Positions 48,128-58,460 of a DNA stretch of 64,000 nucleotides are shown here, one piece after another. Source of the stretch: Cellvibrionaceae bacterium (lineage in GTDB: Bacteria; Pseudomonadota; Gammaproteobacteria; Pseudomonadales; Cellvibrionaceae); contig JBNKHI010000010.1 in the NCBI GenBank assembly GCA_050290265.1, positions 16,276 through 80,275 of the forward strand, given 5' to 3'. Made by a program: the position numbers and the translations under genes. Position 1 is the stretch's first letter, and each line of letters opens with the position of its first letter. The notes beneath the pieces were generated by a model. The model was not told where the DNA came from. It saw only the letters and a list, made by a program, of their open reading frames with translations, and did no database searches.

Positions 48128-49093
48128 ATGCCAATGATATGCCTGAGAAAACTAACGCTACTACTCTCACTCGCACTACCCTGCCTGAATTCATTGGCGG
48201 CAGAACTGGTCCAATCAGACATCATCCTAAAGCCGTCAGAAATGCCCGGTGGCGAAATGACGCTAGAAAAATATCGCGCCTATATAAATCTCTTCAATCA
48301 CAAAGACCCCCGGTTTGCCGATTATTATCATGACACTATGGTATTTAAACGCAGTGAAGATGAAGTTCTGATTGGTAGAGACGCGGTCAAAGCTTTTTAC
48401 GCCGACGCCTGGACCCGCATAGATGAACGAGTATGGGAAGATGCCATAGCCATAGATAACAAAAATGGTGTCATGGCCGTTGATCTATCAGTTGAGTTGT
48501 TAGCAAAACAAGACCCCACACCAGACGCCAGTATCCGTTTAAAAAAAGGAGATCATTTGCTGCTGCGCGAGGTGCTTTTTTACAAACTTAAAGACGGCTT
48601 AATCACGTCACTGGATGCTCCCGATAACTACCGAATAATGACACCTGCCAATGGCGCCCCTTTGCCAGTGAATGAAGTAACCGAGTCTATTCCCCCTCTG
48701 CAGCGGGAATCACTGGAAGCCGCCTACGCAAAATATGCAGACTGTTTTAATCGGCAAATTGTCGAGTGCTTTTCAGATTTCTACAACCCGGATATCAAAT
48801 TTATCAGCGAAGTCCTGCCCACCATGCACAGCACGGAAGAAATCGTAAACTTCTACTTACCCGTGTGGAAACATTTAAAAGAAAACCTGGTAATTCACGG
48901 TTTCCGTTATGAAGGCAAGTGGATGTATGTTCAAGTATCCAACACGTTAACCGTCTTTGAAGATTATCCAGATTTTGTTGCCGGCCCATTGAAAAAAGGC
49001 GACAGGACAATTTCCGGAGAAGTGGCTTACGAAATCAAAAATGGACGCTTTGCAGCAGTGTATGACGGAATAGACCCAGCCAAGATGCAATAG
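48128..49093 (+). CDS. Exported protein with two NTF2/SnoaL-like halves (tentative)
   Basis: Signal peptide ...LALPCLNSLAAE. Two segments of about 140 aa have NTF2-like spacing. The assignment is weak. Confidence 0.6.
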   Translation: MPMICLRKLTLLLSLALPCLNSLAAELVQSDIILKPSEMPGGEMTLEKYRAYINLFNHKDPRFADYYHDTMVFKRSEDEVLIGRDAVKAFYADAWTRIDERVWEDAIAIDNKNGVMAVDLSVELLAKQDPTPDASIRLKKGDHLLLREVLFYKLKDGLITSLDAPDNYRIMTPANGAPLPVNEVTESIPPLQRESLEAAYAKYADCFNRQIVECFSDFYNPDIKFISEVLPTMHSTEEIVNFYLPVWKHLKENLVIHGFRYEGKWMYVQVSNTLTVFEDYPDFVAGPLKKGDRTISGEVAYEIKNGRFAAVYDGIDPAKMQ

Positions 49094-49190
49094 TCGTTAG
49101 AAAAAATGAACACACAAACGATAAGTCCTATATATCAAGGGTAAAGTAAATAAGCTAACAATAATAAAATCCGATTTCTCTCACAACTTA

Positions 49191-50102
49191 TTATATGTTC
49201 TCTGGGGCATTCAACGTGTCGTCACGTATGACAGAGGTATTAAGTTGTGAGTTTTGTGCGAATGAAATCGTTGTTTGAGGGAAAGCTATTTCAATACCAA
49301 CATTATCAAAGCGCTGCTTAATATTTTGAAGAGAATCACATTGCAGGACAAAGCCATTTGCGGGATTCTCTGCCCAAGCCCAAGCGCGCAAATTAACAGA
49401 AGAATCCCCTAAATTAGTTACACGCACTACGACAATAGGAACATTTTCACTCTTCTGTTCGGAAGAGCGATTATCGATGGTAAATGGATGACTGGCTATT
49501 GTCTCAGCCATAATAGGAATCGCACGTTCAATATCTGAAGAATAGCCAATACCAACATCAATCATTTTACAGATGAAGTTGTCTGTATGATTGGCATTAA
49601 CAATCACTTGGCTGCCTATCTGAGAATTTGGAATTATTACCCTATTATTTTCATAATCTCGCACAACTGTTTCGCGAAGCGTTATATCCTCAACGATACC
49701 GGTATACTGATTATTAAAGGTAATTTTGTCACCAATTTTAAAGGGGCGAAAATAAATTATCATAAATCCGCTGAAGATATTGCTCAGAATTTGTTGCGAG
49801 GCCAGCCCACTAACTATGGTCAAAATACCAGCACCCGCCAGGAATGAATGCCCTATTATTTTGAATTCAGGTATATGAGTCAGGGCTGATCCAATACCCA
49901 CAATGTAGATGGTTGTGTTAATCACTCGCTGGACAAATCTTAAAGCAGTTGGGTCGAAACTATCTTTCGCAATTTTCGCCTTGGCTACTCGGGAAATCGC
50001 ACGATTTAGAGTCCAATTAACAGCTACAGTGATCAGCAGTATACTGCTGATCACAACCAACAATCTGAAATCGGTAGGTATATTTGCAAAAATCGAATTC
50101 AT
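49191..50102 (-). CDS. MscS-family mechanosensitive channel
   Basis: 303 aa: FRPFKIGDKITFNNQYTGIVEDITLRETVVRDYENNRVIIPNSQI. Confidence 0.88.
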   Translation of the reverse strand: MNSIFANIPTDFRLLVVISSILLITVAVNWTLNRAISRVAKAKIAKDSFDPTALRFVQRVINTTIYIVGIGSALTHIPEFKIIGHSFLAGAGILTIVSGLASQQILSNIFSGFMIIYFRPFKIGDKITFNNQYTGIVEDITLRETVVRDYENNRVIIPNSQIGSQVIVNANHTDNFICKMIDVGIGYSSDIERAIPIMAETIASHPFTIDNRSSEQKSENVPIVVVRVTNLGDSSVNLRAWAWAENPANGFVLQCDSLQNIKQRFDNVGIEIAFPQTTISFAQNSQLNTSVIRDDTLNAPENI

Positions 50103-50730
50103 TGAGTGAGTACTCTTATTAAAAACAACGCCAAACTAAGGGGGCGCAAAGCGTCCCTTAGAGCAAGATATTAGCGATCGAACTGGACCTGGTTTTTCTT
50201 AAATACCGTAAATCTTAATTTGAGCCATTCGTTGCTCCCTGTGATATAAAGCCGCAATGACTTATCTCTATGAAAGGAAAATCCAAGCAGGAAATTCCTT
50301 TACTATCAAATAGTTAAAAATCCCTATTTATTGGGACGCGGGGGTAGACGTCACGGTAACGTCTATTGTTACGTTGCTGTTTTAAATAGGCATATTGTAG
50401 ACCCTGGACCAGCATCACTCAAAACCAATGGTTCCAATCCCAGTGATACAGCCCCCAAAATCCTTTTGCTTTGACTGGGCATTACGCACAATCAAAAATC
50501 CTAATTACACTATCATAGTAATTATCTTAATCTCGTATTTATCTAAATCACAGCTCTATAGAGAGAATTTCTGTTTAACGGTGGTATAGCTATACCCCGC
50601 CAAGTGCTAACGCTTGATTGTCATCATCTAAACAAATGTGCTAACGTTATCATTGATAACATTTTGTTTTAAGCCTGAATATAATCAAACGTAACATTAA
50701 CTCGTTAAAGTACAAAAAAATGGGGTAAAG

Positions 50731-51960
50731 ATGAAAGGTCAACTGAAATTAAAACTGCCACTGCTTGCTATATGCTTATTGATTTCGACGCTATCACAAG
50801 CAGCTGGGTACCCTGCTCCACCCACCGATCCGTCACTACCCCCTTCAACGGTTGAACCGACGGTGCAACAATTGCGTCGCGCTATGCTTGATCAGGGCGT
50901 AAGCAGCCTGGCCATGCATAATATGGACGAACTTTTTACGACACGTATTGTTGGGCGGTCTGGTCCGGCCTGGAATTTACAGCGAGATGATCGGACACTG
51001 GATTTCACCTATGAATTTCAGGGGCAGATGTATACCCCTGACGAATTTCTGGAGCGTACTTACACCAATGCATTACTGATCATGAAAAATGGCAAGATTA
51101 TCTTTGAGAAGTACCGTAATCAAACAAATGAAACTACCCGGTTCATGGCATTTTCCATGACCAAGTCCATCACCTCTATTTTGATTGGTATAGCCCTCGA
51201 AGAAAAACGAATCGATTCTATTGATGATCCAATAGACAAATATTTACCGGAACTTTCGAAAAGCGGTTATGAGGGTGTGACCATCCGGCAAATTTTGCAA
51301 ATGCGTTCAGGTATTAATTACCCGGAGCGTTATGATTTTGGCAATCCCGGGATTGCAGCCACCAATCATGAAAATTCACTTGTATTAAATGTCACGCGTT
51401 TCGCAGATATAGCTCGCACGCTTAAACGCAAACATCCTCCTGGTAAAGTGTGGGAATATAAAACTATTGATACAGCGGTGCTGGGTTGGCTGCTGGAACG
51501 TGTTAGCGGTGGTAGTACCGTAGCAGCTTACACTTCACAACGCCTATGGGAACCACTTGGTGCTGAAGCCAATGGTTATTATATTATGGATGGCCCCCCA
51601 GATATCGGTCGTGAATTCAGCGGCGCAGGCTTTAATGCCACATTACGCGATTTTGCACGATTGGGACAAATGGTACTTAATGGTGGCGTAGCCAATGGTC
51701 ATCGCATAGTCTCAGAAAGGTGGCTAAAAGAATCCACTGCACCAACGGACAAGGCTGATCCCGTTTATGGCTACCAGTGGTGGATGGGGTTACGCCCCGG
51801 CTCTTTTGAAGCTTCGGGCTTGCTTGGACAGTATATTTTTATAGACCCAACTACCAACACTGTAGCGGTTAAACTAAGTTACTATCCACCAGGCGATATG
51901 GTGCCCCATCAAGAAACCCAGCACTTTCTGGCAGCAGTATCGGCTTGGTCACCCGAGTAA
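50731..51960 (+). CDS. Exported serine hydrolase (beta-lactamase/class C-related family)
   Basis: Signal peptide, SxxK motif (SMTKS) and a YxN-like region. Confidence 0.87.
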   Translation: MKGQLKLKLPLLAICLLISTLSQAAGYPAPPTDPSLPPSTVEPTVQQLRRAMLDQGVSSLAMHNMDELFTTRIVGRSGPAWNLQRDDRTLDFTYEFQGQMYTPDEFLERTYTNALLIMKNGKIIFEKYRNQTNETTRFMAFSMTKSITSILIGIALEEKRIDSIDDPIDKYLPELSKSGYEGVTIRQILQMRSGINYPERYDFGNPGIAATNHENSLVLNVTRFADIARTLKRKHPPGKVWEYKTIDTAVLGWLLERVSGGSTVAAYTSQRLWEPLGAEANGYYIMDGPPDIGREFSGAGFNATLRDFARLGQMVLNGGVANGHRIVSERWLKESTAPTDKADPVYGYQWWMGLRPGSFEASGLLGQYIFIDPTTNTVAVKLSYYPPGDMVPHQETQHFLAAVSAWSPE

Positions 51961-52217
51961 CAGGCCGCAATGAATCAGCAGACAACACAGGTTTTCACGC
52001 TACCATACCCGATGTATGAGCCAGTGGAACCTGCCTGCTGAACTCAAAATGAATACAATATTTGTTATGCTCGAGATGCTGATGTCAGCTTCGCAGTGTA
52101 TGCAAGATTTGTTAAAACTAAATTATTCAGCTCTACATTAGAAACGATATACAAATCCAAATAGAAAGATAAACGCATTTGAAGACTGACTAGATGGATC
52201 AGAATCAATATCGTTGC

Positions 52218-52772
52218 TTATTTACTTTTCTGCTTTTCTTTTTTTAGACGCGCGCGCAACCCGTCCAGAACGGAGCCCAAGGCAAAATCAAAAGCATTTT
52301 CATGATTATAATTAGGCTCTGCCCGATTAGCTCTCTCTAATTCATGATCTTCTCGAAGCTGCCAACCCATCATAAAACTTGTAAATAACTTGGAAGCATA
52401 CAGTGCTGTTTCAGGGCGAAACCCTGCATCAGTCAGCGGTTTAGAAATGAGATCTAGAGGTTCAATAGGTAATGACTCTGCTACGATCTTTGCCCCATCT
52501 CGGTATTTGCTAACAGCGGCAGCAGATTCTCTGGCAACGCGTTCTAACCACTTATCCCACTTTTCATTTTCTTCCACAGTCTGTAAAACGGGCAAAAGTA
52601 TTGCCGCTGCCATTTGGTCAGTTAATTCGCTCATACTTTTAAAATGTCGATATAATGCTGGCCCCTCTACACCCAACTCTTTCCCAAGTCGTCTTGTTGT
52701 TAATTTTTCAAAACCTATTTCATTCACAAGCTCCAAGGCTCTTTTAACAATAATTTCTCGATTTAGACGCAC
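52218..52772 (-). CDS. TetR family transcriptional regulator
   Basis: N-terminal HTH: IVKRALELVNEIGFEKLTTRRLGKELGVEGPALYRHF. Confidence 0.9.
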   Translation of the reverse strand: MRLNREIIVKRALELVNEIGFEKLTTRRLGKELGVEGPALYRHFKSMSELTDQMAAAILLPVLQTVEENEKWDKWLERVARESAAAVSKYRDGAKIVAESLPIEPLDLISKPLTDAGFRPETALYASKLFTSFMMGWQLREDHELERANRAEPNYNHENAFDFALGSVLDGLRARLKKEKQKSK

Positions 52773-53057
52773 GTCTTCTCCTTATACCTTATATTTTTGC
52801 CATTTCGAGTTACGCAAATATGTAGACACAGTGTTTACTTTATCGAACAATAAAAGCAAATACTTTTATCTATAGGATAATAGTATATCGACTTAAAAAA
52901 TCTAAGCGAATGATATTAAATGATTTTTTGAGTGAATCATTATGTTCTGTTAGTCCAGAATAGCCTCAGACTCAATTTCTACACTATCCGTTTTACGCTT
53001 TACTCCCTTCGCTGCATACGCTTGTCGCCCACAATAAAAGGTGCTAGCCTCGAAAAT

Positions 53058-53072
53058 GTTATCACTGATAAC
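53058..53072. promoter_or_regulatory. Perfect 7-1-7 palindrome, candidate operator (TetR or Fur-like)
   Basis: GTTATCACTGATAAC, about 95 nt upstream of the TonB-dependent receptor start. Confidence 0.5.
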
Positions 53073-53165
53073 TTGAAGCTGTATTTTATATACAAACCCC
53101 TTATGCCAAGCATTAAGTAAGGTTGAGACAGGGGAAAAACAACATAGATAACCTTGGGGAACCTC

Positions 53166-55652
53166 ATGAAAAAATGGCAAATTTGTTACGCAACACAGCG
53201 CACCAAAAATAGGCAACCAAGCAATATATCCAAGTCAATATTACCTTGCTTATTGATGGCTACCGTAAGCAATTTAGTAAGCGCGGAAACCGCAAAAGAA
53301 CAAGGGGCCATCCTCGAAGAAGTTTTCGTAACAGCACAATTCCGTAAGCAAAGTGTTCAAGAAACACCGATTGCCATCACCGCAGTGACAGGTGACATGC
53401 TGGAAGCCCGCATCCAAACAAATATTTTCGAAGTTTCGCGCCAAGCTCCAAACGTCACGTTAACGCCACAAGGGCAAGCCTGGGGGCCAGCAATGGTAGC
53501 GTTTATTCGAGGTGTTGGACAAAGTGATTTTATCTATGCACTTGAACCTGGCGTCGGTATTTACGTAGACGACGTTTACTATTCAACGCTAACAGGATCG
53601 CTGCTAGAACTTATGGATCTCGATCGTGTTGAAATTTTGCGAGGCCCACAGGGCACTCTAGCCGGTCGAAACTCAGTCGGGGGCGCCGTTAAGCTTTTTT
53701 CTAAAAAACCAACCGGAGAAGGTGTTGGCGACATCTCGGTTACTTATGGATCTTATGATCGATTAGATTTTAGCGGCAACTATGACTTTACAGTAGTGCC
53801 CGATAAATTATTTGCACGTATCTCGGGTATGTCTCAATCCAAAGATGGCTATATTAAGCGGGTCGACTATGGCTGCTCTCACCCTAGCTCAGGGGTTCCC
53901 ACTTTCGCCGTTGGTGATGGCTGCAATCTTGGAACACTCGGCGGTAAGTCACTAACTGCAGCGCGCTTGGCTTTACTATGGAATGCTTCAGATTCTGTTC
54001 AAGTCGATTTCAGCGCAGATATAACTAACGACCACTCTGAAGCTGGCGGCGACGTCTTACGCTATGCCAATGCAACCCAATCTATCGATGACGGAGACCC
54101 ATCTACTCCTGTAGTATTTTTGGATAATCGTTTTGTAGCTTATGGACCAAACGCAGGCGATCCAAATGGAAGCAATCCATACATTACCTATTCCACATTC
54201 ATGGATCCGAATCAGCCTACAGCAAGCCTACCTTATAGCCCTCATTCATTGGCGCCTATTCAATACTTTGAAGGAAAAGGTTTTTCCACCGCTATTAATT
54301 GGGAGATCTCTGAAAATTTTGAGCTCAACTCAATAACAGCCTATCGTGAATATGAAACAAAATTTACAGAAGATGCAGATGGCTCTCCCATTCATGGGCA
54401 ACTTGCCTATCAACAATTAGAACACGAGCAATACAGTCAGGAGTTAAGATTAAACGGAACAGTTGCAGACGGCGAAGTAGATTTCACGGCCGGCTTGTTT
54501 TGGTTCCAATCTGATGGTGTATTTCGCGGACGATTTTCATTGCCCTACCTGCCTGCAGACTTTATTCACCCAGGCGATCCTTCTAGTAACGACTCACAAG
54601 CCGTCTTTTTAAATTCTACATGGCACGCTACTGATCGCATGAATATTTCAGCGGGCATACGCTATTCCAAAGATGAAAAATCCTACCGGTTTTTCCGCCG
54701 CAATCCCGATGGAACAATCCCTTCAATACCTTGTGGCGCGCCACCACAAGCGCCAAACTGCTCGCAATTTGGTTTAGACAATCAACCTAGTGGTTTTGAT
54801 GGTGACAATACTGACTGGCGTATAGCCCTTGATTACTCGGTAAATGAAGACATCTTAGTATATGGCTCTGTTTCAACAGGGTATCGTGCCGGCGGTATAA
54901 ACCCACGTCCATTTTTTGGCCCTGGATCAATCCTACCGGTGAACGGAAACTCTATTGATTTTATCAATGGCATACCTATAGACGTCAACCAAATAGGTCC
55001 CTTTGAGCCAGAAACTCTAACTGCCTATGAAATTGGCGCAAAGATGGATTTACTAGATAAAACCTTGCGACTCAATATGTCCGCTTTTCGAAATGATTAC
55101 GAAGACATTATTTTAAATTTACAGTTCTGCCCTATTTTTTGCTTTAAGCCAACTAATGTTGGTACTGCAGAAGTATCGGGCTTTGAAGTTGAATTACAGT
55201 ATTACCCAACATCCAAGCTATCTATCGATGCATCCTTCAGTAAGTTAGATTTTCAATACACAGAGACCGATTTTTCACGCACATTTGTTTCCAAAGATAT
55301 GACGTCTCCATTCACACCGGATACCCAAGCAAGCTTAGGTATTCAATTTGATTTTTATACTGGTCCAGCAGGCACACTAACAGGACGAATAGATACCTCC
55401 TATCAATCCAAAATGTTTGCAGAAGCAATTAACGCTACGAACAACAAAATTGATGGCTATACGTTAACCAACCTCCATTTCATGTGGATATCACCTGATG
55501 AATCATGGTCAACCTCGTTAGAGGGCATCAACATAGCCGACACTTACTACGAGCTAAGCCGCTTTGATCAGTCTAACGGGCCTGCGCAAACGGTTACCGC
55601 AAATCCTGGCACCCCCCGAACGTGGGCTATAAAAATTAAGCACCAGTTCTAA
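53166..55652 (+). CDS. TonB-dependent receptor (non-siderophore type)
   Basis: TonB box/plug (LEEVFVTAQFRKQSVQETPIAITAV, IRGVGQSDF, RVEILRGPQGTLAGRNSVGG), a 22-strand-size barrel and terminal HQF. Start at the ATG with a GGGGA RBS. Confidence 0.92.
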   Translation: MKKWQICYATQRTKNRQPSNISKSILPCLLMATVSNLVSAETAKEQGAILEEVFVTAQFRKQSVQETPIAITAVTGDMLEARIQTNIFEVSRQAPNVTLTPQGQAWGPAMVAFIRGVGQSDFIYALEPGVGIYVDDVYYSTLTGSLLELMDLDRVEILRGPQGTLAGRNSVGGAVKLFSKKPTGEGVGDISVTYGSYDRLDFSGNYDFTVVPDKLFARISGMSQSKDGYIKRVDYGCSHPSSGVPTFAVGDGCNLGTLGGKSLTAARLALLWNASDSVQVDFSADITNDHSEAGGDVLRYANATQSIDDGDPSTPVVFLDNRFVAYGPNAGDPNGSNPYITYSTFMDPNQPTASLPYSPHSLAPIQYFEGKGFSTAINWEISENFELNSITAYREYETKFTEDADGSPIHGQLAYQQLEHEQYSQELRLNGTVADGEVDFTAGLFWFQSDGVFRGRFSLPYLPADFIHPGDPSSNDSQAVFLNSTWHATDRMNISAGIRYSKDEKSYRFFRRNPDGTIPSIPCGAPPQAPNCSQFGLDNQPSGFDGDNTDWRIALDYSVNEDILVYGSVSTGYRAGGINPRPFFGPGSILPVNGNSIDFINGIPIDVNQIGPFEPETLTAYEIGAKMDLLDKTLRLNMSAFRNDYEDIILNLQFCPIFCFKPTNVGTAEVSGFEVELQYYPTSKLSIDASFSKLDFQYTETDFSRTFVSKDMTSPFTPDTQASLGIQFDFYTGPAGTLTGRIDTSYQSKMFAEAINATNNKIDGYTLTNLHFMWISPDESWSTSLEGINIADTYYELSRFDQSNGPAQTVTANPGTPRTWAIKIKHQF

Positions 55653-55786
55653 ACCATGAACCTTTATTAGTACGCAAGCACCTTCGATCCCAGAAAGAGA
55701 ATGTGGCTTTTTCCAGGACCGCAGATTAAGAACTTATATGCTAAATCTACAACTGATATTAAACCCAATACAGGTTCGGTCAAAGT

Positions 55787-56704
55787 ATGTTTTTAAGATC
55801 AATAAAAATTAAGTATCTAACAACTAGCATAACATTGATGACTCTTGCTTCAGTTGCTTTCGCGCAGTCAACTGAAACACCCACTACATTCTCTCAAGGT
55901 TTTGCGGGTGCGAGCGACGCGGACAGCGCTAGCGAAGGATTGGCGTTAAAAGGATCGCCCGACAAACCCAATCAAGACCCTAGAGATTTCAATGGGTTAT
56001 GGAAGCCCGGAGTAACACCTAGAAGAACACCATTAAAAACACTAGACGATGCATTCACACTGGAAGAACCACCATTAACTAAACGTGCTCAGGATTTTGT
56101 GCGGATGATACGAAGCAAACGTGAAAAAGGGTTTCTGCCTAGTCTGTCTACCCACGCATGTCGTTCGCCCGGTGTTTATACGCAGCTATTCCCCGCATTT
56201 GTGATAGGTGTCATTCAAACTGATGAAGCCATGTTTCAGCTCTTTGAGCTGCCGCGTCTAGTTAGAAAAATACACATTGGTGAAAATTTTCCCAAACACA
56301 TAGAACCTAGTTATGTGGGCTACTCCATTGGACACTGGGAAGGCGACACGCTCGTGGTCGAAACCAAAGGTTATAACGGACTTGGTGAACTAGACATTAC
56401 AGGAGCGCCTGTGAGTAAAAACACTCGTATGTATGAGCGTTATACAAAAGCCAAGAATGGAAAACACATTAACATATCTATCAAGGTAGAAGATCCTGAG
56501 TATCTCACTGAGCCTCTGGAAGTCGAACGACAATGGGTATCGTCATACGGCACTCAACACGGTGAATATGATTGCGAAGAAAGCCCTAGAGAAGACATGG
56601 AAGGACACACTTATTACTACGAAGACCTCTACGTTCCTGTCTGTGTCCGTAAGCAAGGCAAAGGCACCGAGCCTTCCAAAGTCGTTTGCAATTATCAACC
56701 ATAA
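55787..56704 (+). CDS. Exported 4-Cys protein, paralogue X1 (unnamed family)
   Basis: Signal peptide ...SVAFA/QS. Motifs DPRDFNGLWKPG, ACRSPG, GHWEGDTLVVETKG, EDPEYLTEP. Aligns along its whole length with 58461-59387. Confidence 0.8.
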   Translation: MFLRSIKIKYLTTSITLMTLASVAFAQSTETPTTFSQGFAGASDADSASEGLALKGSPDKPNQDPRDFNGLWKPGVTPRRTPLKTLDDAFTLEEPPLTKRAQDFVRMIRSKREKGFLPSLSTHACRSPGVYTQLFPAFVIGVIQTDEAMFQLFELPRLVRKIHIGENFPKHIEPSYVGYSIGHWEGDTLVVETKGYNGLGELDITGAPVSKNTRMYERYTKAKNGKHINISIKVEDPEYLTEPLEVERQWVSSYGTQHGEYDCEESPREDMEGHTYYYEDLYVPVCVRKQGKGTEPSKVVCNYQP

Positions 56705-56754
56705 AAACATCAATAAATCTTAATGGAAATGCAGAATCAGGGTTGGCGTACAAA

Positions 56755-57255
56755 ATGATAGAAACGTTGAGAAACATAGGCTTATATCTGGCAGAAACGG
56801 GCTTAAGCACGACTCTAAATGCTACTGCATGGGCAGCCCCCCTATTACAGACAATTCACATTATTTTTGTATGTGCAGTAATGATCAGCATGCTTTTAGT
56901 TAATTTAAGAATACTTAATGTATTTTCAAAAAATAAGTCAATACAATTTATCTCCCGCCACTTTCACCCTTGGATTTGGTATTCACTACCAATTTTATTG
57001 GTGACGGGATCTTTACTAATTATCACCGAACCAGGGCGTTCAATTACCAACCCAGCCTTTATATTAAAAATGGCTTTGTTCATTACAGCCATCTCACTTA
57101 CTTTCCTTCAGCAGCTAGTAATAAGAAGAGAGTATGAACACAGTGAAACTTTCAATACAACAACAATAGAAAAATACATATCTATTTTTTTGATAGCTTG
57201 CTGGTCCTCTATCGTTTTCTGTGGAAGGTGGATAGCTTACATTTTGAGCTGGTAA
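56755..57255 (+). CDS. 4-TM inner-membrane protein, paralogue M1 (possibly DUF6644-like)
   Basis: Four hydrophobic helices, a conserved His in TM1 (LLQTIHIIFVC) and C-terminal GRWIAYILSW. Paralogue of 59426-59923. Confidence 0.75.
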   Translation: MIETLRNIGLYLAETGLSTTLNATAWAAPLLQTIHIIFVCAVMISMLLVNLRILNVFSKNKSIQFISRHFHPWIWYSLPILLVTGSLLIITEPGRSITNPAFILKMALFITAISLTFLQQLVIRREYEHSETFNTTTIEKYISIFLIACWSSIVFCGRWIAYILSW

Positions 57256-57281
57256 CTTTATTAATTTTTTTGGAGAAACTT

Positions 57282-57731
57282 ATGTCACTTAAACGTTTAT
57301 TTCTTGCATCCATAGTTTTCGCTATGTCTTCAGAAGCATTTTCCCATCATTCAACGGCTGAGTTTGATTACAGCAAAGATATTCTTATCGAAGGCCAAAT
57401 TGTAGAGGTTCAATGGATGAATCCACATTCCTTTATTGAGGTTTTGGCACCCGGAAAAGATGGAGCTGAAGCAGTACGCTGGTCTATTGAGTTTGGATCA
57501 CCCAACATTAATCGCCGCATGGGCTGGAAGAAGACATCACTAAAAAGTGGCGAGAAAGTTATTATTCACTTAGCTCCGACTCGAGATGGAAAACCCAGAG
57601 GAACCTTGAGAACGGTAACCAAAGAAGATGGAAAGGTACTACACGGCTTAGCCGGCCTAACAAAATCAGATGACAAAGGCGCACCGCTCATAAACAAAGA
57701 TGCGGTTAAAACAATCAGCGAAAAATACTAA
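57282..57731 (+). CDS. DUF6152-like exported protein (mature N-terminus predicted His-His-Ser)
   Basis: GGAGAA RBS. Signal peptide MSLKRLFLASIVFAMSSEAFS followed by HHSTAEFD, then W.NPHS. Confidence 0.8.
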   Translation: MSLKRLFLASIVFAMSSEAFSHHSTAEFDYSKDILIEGQIVEVQWMNPHSFIEVLAPGKDGAEAVRWSIEFGSPNINRRMGWKKTSLKSGEKVIIHLAPTRDGKPRGTLRTVTKEDGKVLHGLAGLTKSDDKGAPLINKDAVKTISEKY

Positions 57732-57741
57732 GGGGATAAAC

Positions 57742-58455
57742 GTGAAAAACAAATCGAGCATAAAGAAAAATATTATTGCCATTGTCCTCTTAGGTTTTTG
57801 CAGCCAGGTTTTATCTAGCACTGAAAGTTTAAAAAAAAATATCAATGGAATCTGGGTAGTTGAAAACTCTACCACTAAGATTCTAACAGTAGAAAACAAA
57901 ATCCCACCACTGAATGAAGAGGGAGAGGAAATTTACGAAGAGCATAATAGAAAATATAAGGACGATGACCGGTCATTCGACAGGACTACCTGGTGTGCTT
58001 CACCAGGTTATCCCAGACTAATTCTGGCTAATCATCCGTTTGAAATTGCCGTCAGTAATCGACGTGTCGCTTTTATGTCATCTTGGGCAAATTGGTATCG
58101 AACGGTTGATATGAGTGGAGAGACCTGGGCGATTCCTGAAGAATATTCTAGCGTTGGCGTAGCTCTAGGGCGATGGAATGCAGACACGCTAGTTATTGAA
58201 ACAACTGGCTTGAAATCTGATGTTGTGATGGACCAATACGGACTACCTGTGTCATGGGCTATGAAAATAACAGAACACATCAAGTTACTGTCTAAAAATA
58301 GACTTGAAATACGTTTTGTAATTGAAGATCCCGAGTACTACTCGAAACCCTGGGAAATGATTAAGACATTCAAAAGAATGGAAACCAATCATGTGCAGGA
58401 ATACATATGCCTAGATGAAATTAAAAAGGGCCACCCCCCATTGATAGAGGGTTAA
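57742..58455 (+). CDS. Exported 2-Cys protein, short paralogue Xs of the X family
   Basis: GTG start behind an AAGGGG RBS. Motifs INGIW, WCASPGYP, GRWNADTLVIETTG, EDPEYYSKPW. Confidence 0.78.
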   Translation: MKNKSSIKKNIIAIVLLGFCSQVLSSTESLKKNINGIWVVENSTTKILTVENKIPPLNEEGEEIYEEHNRKYKDDDRSFDRTTWCASPGYPRLILANHPFEIAVSNRRVAFMSSWANWYRTVDMSGETWAIPEEYSSVGVALGRWNADTLVIETTGLKSDVVMDQYGLPVSWAMKITEHIKLLSKNRLEIRFVIEDPEYYSKPWEMIKTFKRMETNHVQEYICLDEIKKGHPPLIEG

Positions 58456-58460
58456 TTGAA

